Origin: Candidatus Heimdallarchaeota archaeon
Lineage (GTDB): Archaea; Asgardarchaeota; Heimdallarchaeia; Heimdallarchaeales; Heimdallarchaeaceae
Direction of reading: 5' to 3'
Length of the DNA stretch: 41,017 nucleotides
Assembly (NCBI GenBank): GCA_021399395.1
Contig: JAAFKJ010000162.1
Span: 1 to 41,017, forward strand
In this document: positions 1 through 8,824 of the stretch, in pieces
How positions within the stretch are numbered: position 1 is the stretch's first letter
How the letters are laid out: the number at the start of each line of letters is the position of its first letter
The notes under the pieces: generated by a model
What the model was told of the DNA's origin: nothing
Databases searched by the model: none
What the model saw: the letters and a program-made list of their open reading frames with translations, nothing else
Made by a program: the position numbers and the translations under genes

Positions 1-338
1 AATACTGATCTTAAGTTGATATCCATCATATAATCGAATTCGTGAATTGGTGTATTCATGATATTTCCAGACCGGAGTATCCCTGCTGAGTTTACTAATA
101 CTTCTATTTTTCCAGATTCCATTACAGCATCGCCAATTACCCTCTCAGCTGCTCCTTCATCTGTAATGTCTATAGCAATAAATCGACATCCTATCTCTTT
201 TGATATTTCCTTCAATCTTGCTTCTGATCGTGCAACTATAAGAACATCCGCTCCCTTTTTGCTGAAAGCTCTTGCAGTTGCCAAGCCAATTCCTGAACTA
301 GCTCCGGTTACAATAACTGTCTTTCCTTCGAATGACAT
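1..338 (-). CDS. Short-chain dehydrogenase/reductase (SDR), runs off the window edge (C-terminal part missing)
   Basis: Not in the ORF track. Manual translation from ATG at 338 gives MSFEGKTVIVTGASSGIGLATARAF...LVNSAG..., with the Rossmann TGxxxGIG motif and an NNAG-like NSAG motif. Confidence 0.9.
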   Translation of the reverse strand, partial: MSFEGKTVIVTGASSGIGLATARAFSKKGADVLIVARSEARLKEISKEIGCRFIAIDITDEGAAERVIGDAVMESGKIEVLVNSAGILRSGNIMNTPIHEFDYMMDINLRSV

Positions 339-426
339 GTGTAACAGGTTGACTCGGAGATAATTAATTTTTCGCAGAGTTAGGATAAAATATAAAAGAG
401 AGTAAACATTACACATCTTGATAATA

Positions 427-639
427 ATGGTAGTGAAAGAATTTACCTCAGACGATTGGGTAATCAAAATTGACCACGATAAATGTACAGGTGCAGGAGA
501 TTGTGTTGATGTTTGCCCAGCAGATGTTTTCGTATTGGTTGACAGTAAATCTACTGCACCCAACGTTGATGATTGTATAGAATGTTGTGCCTGCGTAGGA
601 GCATGTCCAGTGGAAGCAATAGAACACACTAGCTGCTGA
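427..639 (+). CDS. Dicluster ferredoxin, probably [3Fe-4S][4Fe-4S]
   Basis: Motifs CTGAGDCVDVCP and CIECCACVGACP. ATG at 427 is preferred over TTG at 418. Confidence 0.9.
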   Translation: MVVKEFTSDDWVIKIDHDKCTGAGDCVDVCPADVFVLVDSKSTAPNVDDCIECCACVGACPVEAIEHTSC

Positions 640-1087
640 TCTTGATACCAGCTATCTGTTCAATTTTTTTTTTTGTAACCTTCCTAAATGTAAAGTGTCC
701 TTGAGTACATATTTGTCCATCTTTATTCTTGATATAACTTTTAACTAGAATATCCTTTTCTTTGTGTTCAGCAATTTCTCCAATTATCTCCACTTCTTCT
801 TCTACATACAATGGTTTGAAGAATTGCAGATCTACTTTGATTGTCAAACAAGCTTCCTCCAATAATGTAATTACTGTCCACCCTGATACTTCGTCCATTA
901 ACACTGTCTGAAGCCCTCCATGGACTATTTTCCCCCATCCTCCCCAAGTTTTTGGAACTAAGAAAGACGAACCTACTGACTTGTCTGATAATTTGTAAAA
1001 GGATAATTTCGCACCAATAGGATTTTCTTCTCCACAACCAAAACAAAGAGAATTGATTCCTAAATCCTTCTCAATATGTTCCTTCAT
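629..1087 (-). CDS. PaaI-family (hot-dog fold) thioesterase
   Basis: CFGCGEENPIG and HGGLQTVLMDE motifs typical of PaaI/THEM4-like thioesterases. Confidence 0.85.
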   Translation of the reverse strand: MKEHIEKDLGINSLCFGCGEENPIGAKLSFYKLSDKSVGSSFLVPKTWGGWGKIVHGGLQTVLMDEVSGWTVITLLEEACLTIKVDLQFFKPLYVEEEVEIIGEIAEHKEKDILVKSYIKNKDGQICTQGHFTFRKVTKKKIEQIAGIKISS

Positions 1088-1142
1088 GATATCTTAAAAA
1101 TGGTTATTTCCATTTTACTCTTTTGATAAGACTATTACAGCT

Positions 1143-1442
1143 CTAATCATCTTTTTCTTTAGGTGGAACTGCTAATTTGTAGGCTTTAATTCCTCCTGAT
1201 ATGAGCATAGCTATTCCGCATGCTAGTAATGGAAATAGAATCATTAGCCATCCAAGTAAAAGTGGATCTCCAACCCTTTCTTCAATAGGAATATGAACTA
1301 CACTGTTATAGAACCAAACAAAGAAACCTTCCCAACCAAGCCAAAAGCCTAGTAGAATTAGTAAAATTGCTGCACCACCAACTCCTTTGAAAAGTTGTTT
1401 AAAAAACTCTCTTTTTGTTTCTTGGTTATTTCTGAAACTCAT
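1143..1442 (-). CDS. Small two-TM membrane protein, unknown function
   Basis: Two hydrophobic segments (AAILLILLGFWLGW; LLLGWLMILFPLLACGIAMLI). ATG at 1442. Confidence 0.65.
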   Translation of the reverse strand: MSFRNNQETKREFFKQLFKGVGGAAILLILLGFWLGWEGFFVWFYNSVVHIPIEERVGDPLLLGWLMILFPLLACGIAMLISGGIKAYKLAVPPKEKDD

Positions 1443-1552
1443 ATTCTTCAATGTTCAGAAAAAGTTATTCTTTAAATCTTTTTTGCTCACGTATTATTTA
1501 CACGGTACTAAAAGACAAGCTTTATTTTAGTAGTCCAAATTCGATATTATCT

Positions 1553-2362
1553 ATGTCAAACACTTCTGAGGAATACAAACAGAGAGAATTATTAGATCTA
1601 AATGAATTTAGGTTCTATTACTATATGCCCAACTCAGAAGTGGTGCAAAATGATCTTGGTTACTTTGTTAAGAACAAATCAATTGAAACATACAGTTATG
1701 TTACCCCAGCTTATTTAGGTGATCTAAATTTCGATGACTTCATGAAATTCGCTTTCTCCTACTTTAATAATGGTGAGGAATATTTTGTTGTCAAAATTTT
1801 CTACAATGACACCTTTAACAGAAACTCTAAGATTCTTAGACAACAAAATTTTATTCAATACCCTGTTGATACCTCTTTAATGTCATGGTCAAAAGAGAAT
1901 GGCGATGAGCTTGTTCCTGATCCAGACCTAGAACTTGATTTACTCACATTGAAAAATGCCAAACGATGGGTTGATGTGTTCTTTGATTCGTTTAGCTATC
2001 CTCCTCATCTGAAGAAGTATATCTCTTCAATGGTTGATGAACAGTTGAATCATGGAATAGAGTTTTACGTTGGTAGAAAATTTGGTAAAGATCTCAGCTG
2101 TTTTTGTGCATTTGAGCATGAGAACTTCATAGGTTTCTATGGTGTAGGAACAAGGAAACGTTTCAGAAGGCAAGGTTATGCAAGAAAGACTATGTCTAAT
2201 TATATGTTAGATGCGATTGAGAAATCACCTGATATTCAATTCTGTTTACAAGCTCAAAACAACTCTGGGGCTGAACAACTTTATCAAAATCTAGGTTTCA
2301 AAATTCCATTTACCCAAAAAAGGTTTGACTGGGACCCTTCAACTTGTAATCTAAATCTCTAA
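1553..2362 (+). CDS. GNAT-family N-acetyltransferase
   Basis: Acetyl-CoA motif A VGTRKRFRRQGYA and AEQLYQNLGF. Start MSNTSEE at 1553 is more plausible than 1451. Confidence 0.85.
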   Translation: MSNTSEEYKQRELLDLNEFRFYYYMPNSEVVQNDLGYFVKNKSIETYSYVTPAYLGDLNFDDFMKFAFSYFNNGEEYFVVKIFYNDTFNRNSKILRQQNFIQYPVDTSLMSWSKENGDELVPDPDLELDLLTLKNAKRWVDVFFDSFSYPPHLKKYISSMVDEQLNHGIEFYVGRKFGKDLSCFCAFEHENFIGFYGVGTRKRFRRQGYARKTMSNYMLDAIEKSPDIQFCLQAQNNSGAEQLYQNLGFKIPFTQKRFDWDPSTCNLNL

Positions 2363-3061
2363 TTACAATCCTTTCCAATCTCTTTCAGTTTCTTGAACAT
2401 CTTTTGGGTTATCTATACTTCTCCAGAAGAACCTTGGATCTATTCTGTATGCTCTGAGCTGATTTTCTTCTGCAAGTTTTACAAAAATCGTTTCTTCCAT
2501 CTGTCCTTTTTCAGGAAATCTGTCTAGAATATCTTCAGCAAAGATATCTACACCTGCATGAATCCAATGATTGAGAATTGGTTTTTCTTTGAACTCAATA
2601 ATATCGTCACTATCAGTCGTTTCTACTATACCAAATGGACTCTTCATCTTAGCTATTGCGATTGAACCGTTTTTCTTATCCTGTTTGTATCTAGCAATCA
2701 TTTCCTTTAAGTTGAAATTAGTTATAATATCGCCATTCATAATGAGGACATCTGAACTGGTAACAAAGTTTTTTGCAAGTTTGACAGCCCCTCCAGAGCC
2801 AAGTTTTTCATGTTCTCTACTATAACTTACGCTAATCTCTCCATATCCTGTCTCGTAGGTGTTACCAAACTGTTCTTCTATATAAGCTGCGAGATGTCTA
2901 ACTGCTAATATGGCGTGTTCAACTCCATGCTTCTTCAACCAAGTCATCTCCCATTCTAAAATAGTTTTTCCACTGATTTCTACCATAGCTTTTGGATAAC
3001 TATCTTTAGTAACAGTTCTAATACGGGTACCAAGCCCACCACAAAGGATAATTGCGTCCAT
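2363..3061 (-). CDS. Sugar-phosphate nucleotidyltransferase (NTP_transferase family)
   Basis: MDAIILCGGLGTR...PKAM, LGSGGA, MNGD and FKEKP motifs. Start trimmed to ATG at 3061. Confidence 0.9.
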   Translation of the reverse strand: MDAIILCGGLGTRIRTVTKDSYPKAMVEISGKTILEWEMTWLKKHGVEHAILAVRHLAAYIEEQFGNTYETGYGEISVSYSREHEKLGSGGAVKLAKNFVTSSDVLIMNGDIITNFNLKEMIARYKQDKKNGSIAIAKMKSPFGIVETTDSDDIIEFKEKPILNHWIHAGVDIFAEDILDRFPEKGQMEETIFVKLAEENQLRAYRIDPRFFWRSIDNPKDVQETERDWKGL

Positions 3062-3161
3062 AATGTAGAGGTTTTGAGTGGTAGGATAATAAGTTTTTGC
3101 CAATGTTGGTGATTCCTTGGACACAAGATTAATATTATTGAATAAGAAAGTGTTAGACAAT

Positions 3162-3737
3162 ATGTCCGAGACTGAAAAAACACCTTTAGAAGAGTTTATC
3201 GAGCTTTATGCACATATTAAAGACAAATTTGCAGAATTACCTTCTGTCCTAACTAGACTTTCCAGCTTTTCTGATGATATAGTTAAGGAGAATAACGACA
3301 TAAAAATAAAATTGAAGGAAATAGAGGGCAAATTCACTCAGCTGAAACAAGAGTATGAAACAAAAGACTCTAAAGCTGAAGAAGCTCTTAAGGAAGCAAA
3401 TTCATACAAAACCCAACTTGAAAGCGTTGAAAGTCAACTTTCAGGATTGCGCAAAATGTATGAAGAAATGACACAAGAAAAAGATGAAGAACTCAATTTG
3501 CAAGAATTACTTGAGATATATACCATCCTTTTCGAGAAGGTTTTTGCAGCAAATCCTCATACAAAGATTCTCTTACTTCTCCAAGGAGTTAATAAGGAAG
3601 AATGGACGAGAGATGAACTGGTAAAAACAACTGGATTCTCTCCAGCAGCTATAATTAAAGCTCTTCATGATTTAAGGAATAACGGTATTATTGAAACTGA
3701 TGATTCCGCAACTATGGCAAAATTGGCTCCAAAATAA
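3162..3737 (+). CDS. Coiled-coil protein with C-terminal winged helix-turn-helix
   Basis: Heptad-rich E/K region followed by PHTKILLLL...TRDELVKTTGFSPAAIIKALHDLRNNGIIE (wHTH pattern). Confidence 0.7.
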   Translation: MSETEKTPLEEFIELYAHIKDKFAELPSVLTRLSSFSDDIVKENNDIKIKLKEIEGKFTQLKQEYETKDSKAEEALKEANSYKTQLESVESQLSGLRKMYEEMTQEKDEELNLQELLEIYTILFEKVFAANPHTKILLLLQGVNKEEWTRDELVKTTGFSPAAIIKALHDLRNNGIIETDDSATMAKLAPK

Positions 3738-3766
3738 ACTTAACTGGAGAAATTGAAAGGAAAAGA

Positions 3767-4717
3767 TTATTTCTCCACATTTTTCTTATTTTCTTCTTCA
3801 CTTTCATTTTCTGTTTCTGAATTTTTGATATTCACAGCTGCTTTTACATATACAAGATCTGCTAGATAAGCTTTCAGAGGTACAATAATCAACCCCATCA
3901 GGTAAACTATTCCTCCAATTACTGAAAGTGTAATCCATAATGCCCCTCCTTGTATGAAAATAGGTGCTAACATTAGTCCTAATAGAGCAAATATTAATGA
4001 CCCTAAAGTATAATTCCAGACAATAGTCATGGTTTTCACAGGTCGTTTAATCTCAAAAGCTCTGTATAACCAATTTGAACTTACATAATAGATACCAAAA
4101 AAAGGAGCAGATAATAAAAACGCACCACCAATCGCACCTGCTATAATAGGAAAGACGAGATATTGGAAGAATGCCATTCCTATTGAGAATATCACTACCC
4201 CCATAGCAATAAGAGCTAATGCAATACCAAAAGCTTCTACGACCGAACTTAAAATATTAGATGTGGGTAAAGGACCTCCTAAAAATCCTAATATGCGTAC
4301 TTTACTATAAGTATAATTCAGTTTTTTCGGTTCATAAGTTGGTTCTTTATCCAGGTATTCGGTGTTAGGACTTAGTCTAGGTCTGGGTCTTGCTTGAGAT
4401 AAATATCTGGATTCCGATACCGGAGGCCATACAACTAACTTTTGTTCTTTTTCTTCAAGATCTAAATAATCTTGAACCATATCTTTCTTCCCAGCTTTTG
4501 CGTCAGAATCTTCTGTCACGTCGTTATAACTCTCTACTACATCGATTGCCTTAATATCTGTACCGCACTCACTGCAGTAAGCATCATCTTTTTTGTTTAC
4601 TGTCGAACATTCAGGACATAATTTTAGAGTTGATCCACAAAATTTACAGAATTTGGACGATGGTTTAATTTTCCTATAGCATATTGGACAATCTTGAGTA
4701 CCACTCATTATATTCAA
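3767..4717 (-). CDS. Double zinc-ribbon (DZR) protein with C-terminal four-TM domain
   Basis: CPIC..CKFCG..CPEC..CSECG at the N-terminus; four hydrophobic helices in the C-terminal half. Confidence 0.8.
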   Translation of the reverse strand: MNIMSGTQDCPICYRKIKPSSKFCKFCGSTLKLCPECSTVNKKDDAYCSECGTDIKAIDVVESYNDVTEDSDAKAGKKDMVQDYLDLEEKEQKLVVWPPVSESRYLSQARPRPRLSPNTEYLDKEPTYEPKKLNYTYSKVRILGFLGGPLPTSNILSSVVEAFGIALALIAMGVVIFSIGMAFFQYLVFPIIAGAIGGAFLLSAPFFGIYYVSSNWLYRAFEIKRPVKTMTIVWNYTLGSLIFALLGLMLAPIFIQGGALWITLSVIGGIVYLMGLIIVPLKAYLADLVYVKAAVNIKNSETENESEEENKKNVEK

Positions 4718-4788
4718 AATAAGAAAAGTTCGTATCTTTATATCAATTTGGATGTATAAAAAATGAAAAAAAGAGTAAGGTTTAACCC

Positions 4789-5928
4789 TTAATCTATTTG
4801 TAGATGTGCTTGTCTGAGCTTCTCTTCAGATTCTAGAACCTTTTTTCGACTGTCTCTTCCTTTCTCAAGCACTTCCCAAAACCTTCCTACATAATCAGGA
4901 TGAATACCTGTTAGCACTCCTCTTATAGTTAGAATAGGTTCATCAATGGAATTGAGTGATGCTTTGATATCTCCTCGTTCAAATTTCTTTACAATTTTCC
5001 TTGTTTCGAAAGTGGATTGATATGTTGTTGGAGATGATATTGCTAAGAACCCTAATTTTGCTCTAGTAATATCAGCTGTTAGACTTGAACACTCATCTAT
5101 TTCATTGAAAAACAGATCAGAAAATCTTATGCTTTGAGCTTGTTCAAGGGTTTCATATTCTTTATCCAGAGAGACGATAACTCCCAATCCTCTTGCTTCT
5201 TCAGTGAAAGAATGAAAGAAATCTGTTAAACCTGCGTTGAACTCTTCATGAACACTCTCTTGTAATGCTGCAAGTATCGTTGTGGTGAGAGAATCAGCTA
5301 GGAATTCATTGCTTTTTTCCAATGCAACTTCAATCGATTCTTCTTTGAAAAGTCTCAAAAGTTTATCATTGTCAAACAAAATTATTGGACATTTTGGTCC
5401 TTGAAAATCAAACCCTAAATAATAGAGAGCTCTTGCAGAGTTATATTGAACTAGTGATGGCTCATTTTTTTCAGGTATAACAAAGACCACTGTAGGTGGG
5501 GTTCCAGTTAATTCTGCTATGATTTTACTTATCTTCATAGCTCCGGCACTGCCTGTTCCACCTCCACTACCAACAATTAAGTGAAGAGCTAAATCTTCTT
5601 CATCTCTTCTCTCATGTTTCTTGTAGAAAAGTACCTTTTCGATTTGGTCTCTTAGTTGGGATTCATTTTGCGACAATTCTTTGAATACTTTTTCTAAATC
5701 ATAATCAGAAGACTGAATATCTTTTGACCCGAACCAGTAATGGTCAGAGAAGTTGTTTACTTTAGGAGCGAAATTGTCTGTCAGATTTACAGCAAGTGAT
5801 TTTACTGTTATCCTGCTCTCTCTTAGAAGATGGATGAGTCTATCACCAATGCGACATCCTGCATTCCCTACTCCTATAACTGCGATGGATATTTTCTTGC
5901 GAAATAGTTTTTTCTTAAGCCAACTCAT
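4789..5928 (-). CDS. Tubulin/FtsZ/CetZ-superfamily GTPase
   Basis: IAVIGVGNAGCRI (T1 loop), signature GSGGGTGSAG, IILFDNDKL and T7-like FNAGLTDF. Confidence 0.88.
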   Translation of the reverse strand: MSWLKKKLFRKKISIAVIGVGNAGCRIGDRLIHLLRESRITVKSLAVNLTDNFAPKVNNFSDHYWFGSKDIQSSDYDLEKVFKELSQNESQLRDQIEKVLFYKKHERRDEEDLALHLIVGSGGGTGSAGAMKISKIIAELTGTPPTVVFVIPEKNEPSLVQYNSARALYYLGFDFQGPKCPIILFDNDKLLRLFKEESIEVALEKSNEFLADSLTTTILAALQESVHEEFNAGLTDFFHSFTEEARGLGVIVSLDKEYETLEQAQSIRFSDLFFNEIDECSSLTADITRAKLGFLAISSPTTYQSTFETRKIVKKFERGDIKASLNSIDEPILTIRGVLTGIHPDYVGRFWEVLEKGRDSRKKVLESEEKLRQAHLQID

Positions 5929-7289
5929 TATGTACCAACTCCTACAGATTTTATGATTTTGAAGATATTAGCTACCCATAGTGCTATGGCCATTATTGTT
6001 CTGAAGATTTTTTGTGTAGATATTGGAAACGTTCTCATAGATGCTACAAATTCTCGTAACTGTAACATCGTAACATTTTCTTGTTTAGCTTCCTCATTGT
6101 ATTTTTCACCAAATTCAACAACATTAGCAAAAATATAATTGTCTAATTCCATGAGGGCTTTAATCTTGAATTTTTTTGCCTTGGCGTTAAAACCAATAAG
6201 AGGGATGAAAATAAATAAAACCATCAACGCAGCAACCAGAGCAGAGATTGTTACAATAAAAATTGTCAAAGGTTGATCTTTGTTAAGGAACAAGAAGTCA
6301 ACAATGTTGTTTGGCATTCCCTCATTCAACCCATAAACTAATTCGTTAGCATTACCCATACCCATTGCTATTATGATGATTAAGGTAGATAAGATGCCTG
6401 CTGTAGGGATATTTTCTAACTGACTAATAGACCTCCCTTTTGACCATTTATCCCCTAAGGACCAGATCATATCATAATTGTCCCTTTTCAAGAGAGTTCC
6501 ATATTCATTCAAGTATGTATTCATTCTATCTTTGAAAGGTTTAAGCGCTTTAGCATATATTCTTGTGTTGAGTATCATGAAATAAACAGCTATAAAGAAT
6601 ATATAGAATAGAAGTGGGTTGAAGATGCAAGCCAAAACCCCAAAAACTGCTGCTACAGTGTATCCATATGTAAAGGCTAATTGCAGCATAGGAATTTGGA
6701 TACCTATTCCTGCAGCTAGTGACATTAATATTATCAATGGATTTCTTGGTAAGTGCCTATCATAGTATTTCGAATAATATTCTCTTACAGGCTTTTCTAC
6801 AAATTCAACTCGTTTTGCTTGAATTAAACCGAGAAAACCATCATGAGTATATTTCAGATAGAATAAAGATAGCAGTATTGCTATAAGAATAGGTGTACCT
6901 ACATTGAAAAGTATATCAGATATCCACCTAAGTACAGTCTTGCCACCATCAGTTACAAACGCTTTTTCCAAAGGAATGATTGTGAAAAATATTGTAGGGA
7001 TGAAGAGTATTGTAACATATATCCACAGTTTTAGATATTCCTTCCATCTTAAAGAAAGAATTGTGTTTAATTTTAATCCAAAAAGAGCAACTGGTAAGAG
7101 ATAAAACCTTCTGAAAGGTTGTTTTAATGCTCTAACAAACCTTGGTTTTTCAATCATTTCAGCTGTTCTTGGAAACCTCTTATAATGTTCATTTATCATT
7201 TCTTCAAAGTCAAAATTTGGTAATTCAACATCATCCGGAATAACATTTTTTGCTTTAACAGAAATTGATTTTGGAGAACTCGATTCCAT
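5928..7289 (-). CDS. Polytopic membrane protein (6-7 TM), translationally coupled to the tubulin-like gene
   Basis: Multiple hydrophobic helices. Its TAA overlaps the next ATG (TAATG at 5926-5930 on the minus strand). Confidence 0.75.
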   Translation of the reverse strand: MESSSPKSISVKAKNVIPDDVELPNFDFEEMINEHYKRFPRTAEMIEKPRFVRALKQPFRRFYLLPVALFGLKLNTILSLRWKEYLKLWIYVTILFIPTIFFTIIPLEKAFVTDGGKTVLRWISDILFNVGTPILIAILLSLFYLKYTHDGFLGLIQAKRVEFVEKPVREYYSKYYDRHLPRNPLIILMSLAAGIGIQIPMLQLAFTYGYTVAAVFGVLACIFNPLLFYIFFIAVYFMILNTRIYAKALKPFKDRMNTYLNEYGTLLKRDNYDMIWSLGDKWSKGRSISQLENIPTAGILSTLIIIIAMGMGNANELVYGLNEGMPNNIVDFLFLNKDQPLTIFIVTISALVAALMVLFIFIPLIGFNAKAKKFKIKALMELDNYIFANVVEFGEKYNEEAKQENVTMLQLREFVASMRTFPISTQKIFRTIMAIALWVANIFKIIKSVGVGT

Positions 7290-7384
7290 GACAGTTTTCT
7301 ATATAGTCTGCTTACTTTTAATCGTTTCGTAAGAGGTTCCCCTAAACACTTTAATGTGACCTAATCATATTTTACTTGATAACG

Positions 7385-8803
7385 TTGAGATTAACAAAGA
7401 TAGTTAGTACCATTGGACCTGCTAGCAATTCTCCTGAAATTCTTAAGAAAATGATTGATTCAGGTATGGATGTTGCTCGTTTAAATTTCTCCCATGGAAA
7501 TCATCAAAGTCATGAGCAAGTTTTTGAATCAATCAGGAATATTTGTGATGATGTTGCTGTTGGAATAGATATCAGTGGTCCTAAAATCAGACTTGGTAAT
7601 CTAGAAGGTAAGATTGAACTTCAGAGTAATAATGTGGTTACACTAACATCAAAAGATGTTGTGGGGAGCAATGAAATTGTCCCGGTTAATTATCCAACAT
7701 TTTCAAAAGAGGTATCCACTGGTAATTCTATCTTTATCAATGATGGGCTTGTAAGATTAGAGGTCAAAGAAATCAAAAATGATGATGTGATTTGTACTGT
7801 TATTGACGGTGGAGAAATTTCTTCAAGAAAGGGAGTAAACTTACCAGATGCTAATCTGTCACTTAGGGTTCCAACACCCAAAGATGTAAAAGATTTGGAA
7901 AAAGCATGCGAACTTGGAACTGATATGCTTTTCATATCTTTTATCAGGGGAGTGGATGATCTCAAGAAAATCAACGAGATAGTGGAATCCCGTACAAACA
8001 AAAATATCCTTCTTATTGCTAAGATTGAACACAGAGATCCTTTAGATAGTATTCAAGATATCATTGAATTTAGCGATGGATTAATGGTCGCTAGAGGGGA
8101 TCTTGCGATAGAAGTGGGTCCAGCTAGAGTACCTGTTTTACAAAAGGAACTTATCAAGTTAGGTATGATACACGCTAAACCCATCATTGTAGCAACACAG
8201 ATGTTAGAGTCGATGACTAAAGAAGCTCTTCCTACAAGAGCAGAAGCAAGTGATGTTGCCCACGCAGTATTTGATGGTGCAGATGCACTTATGCTGTCAG
8301 CTGAAACAGCAACTGGAAAACATCCCCTACAGGTACTGAAGATAATGCAAGAAATCATCTGTGAGGCTGAGAAGAATATATCTGTGATTGTACCTTCAAC
8401 AGCTGGTTCTCCTGTTAATATTGGAAAAGAAATAGGTATCTCTGCAGTTCGATTAGCAGAACGAATGTCTGCTAAAGCAATTCTCGCTCTTACTCGAACT
8501 GGATATTCTGCTAGTATGGCTTCAAGGAACAGAAAAAACATTCCTATTTTTGCTGTTACCCCCAATCAAGACACTAAACGTACTACACGTCTATATTGGG
8601 GAGTCAAACCTTTCTACCATGAGTTTGAAAAAGACTATGATTCGCTAGTTTATAATGTAATAAAAGAAATGAATGAGCAGAATTATCTCGAAAAAACAGA
8701 TAATGTAGTTATCATTGCAGGTTCAATGGTTGGAATATCTGGAAAAACCCATACTATTCAGCTTCTAAATGTAAACGAAACTCTATCAGATAAGAAAAAA
8801 TAA
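7385..8803 (+). CDS. pyk: Pyruvate kinase
   Basis: TKIVSTIGPAS, RLNFSHG, AKIE, MVARGDL, ATQMLESM, PTRAEASDV and MLSAETATG motifs. Confidence 0.97.
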   Translation: MRLTKIVSTIGPASNSPEILKKMIDSGMDVARLNFSHGNHQSHEQVFESIRNICDDVAVGIDISGPKIRLGNLEGKIELQSNNVVTLTSKDVVGSNEIVPVNYPTFSKEVSTGNSIFINDGLVRLEVKEIKNDDVICTVIDGGEISSRKGVNLPDANLSLRVPTPKDVKDLEKACELGTDMLFISFIRGVDDLKKINEIVESRTNKNILLIAKIEHRDPLDSIQDIIEFSDGLMVARGDLAIEVGPARVPVLQKELIKLGMIHAKPIIVATQMLESMTKEALPTRAEASDVAHAVFDGADALMLSAETATGKHPLQVLKIMQEIICEAEKNISVIVPSTAGSPVNIGKEIGISAVRLAERMSAKAILALTRTGYSASMASRNRKNIPIFAVTPNQDTKRTTRLYWGVKPFYHEFEKDYDSLVYNVIKEMNEQNYLEKTDNVVIIAGSMVGISGKTHTIQLLNVNETLSDKKK

Positions 8804-8824
8804 GAAAAATAAAAGAAGAATAGT

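Noticed and set aside
58-363. 101-aa plus-strand ORF
   Set aside because: Antisense shadow of the SDR gene on the minus strand, which has clear motifs.
1380-1442. Tat-like signal TKREFFK in the small membrane protein
   Set aside because: KR rather than RR, and no folded passenger domain follows; more likely a positive-inside N-terminus.
4789-5928. Calling this gene ftsZ or a true alpha/beta-tubulin
   Set aside because: It lacks FtsZ-specific motifs (NTD, GAG, PFxxEG) and tubulin-specific motifs (QCG, DLEP, NNWAKG). Only a superfamily call is supportable.
7690-8565. Antisense ORFs within pyk, and similar ones inside top6A/B, radA, dut, ubiA and the HEAT gene
   Set aside because: Fully nested opposite well-supported genes; typical shadow ORFs.
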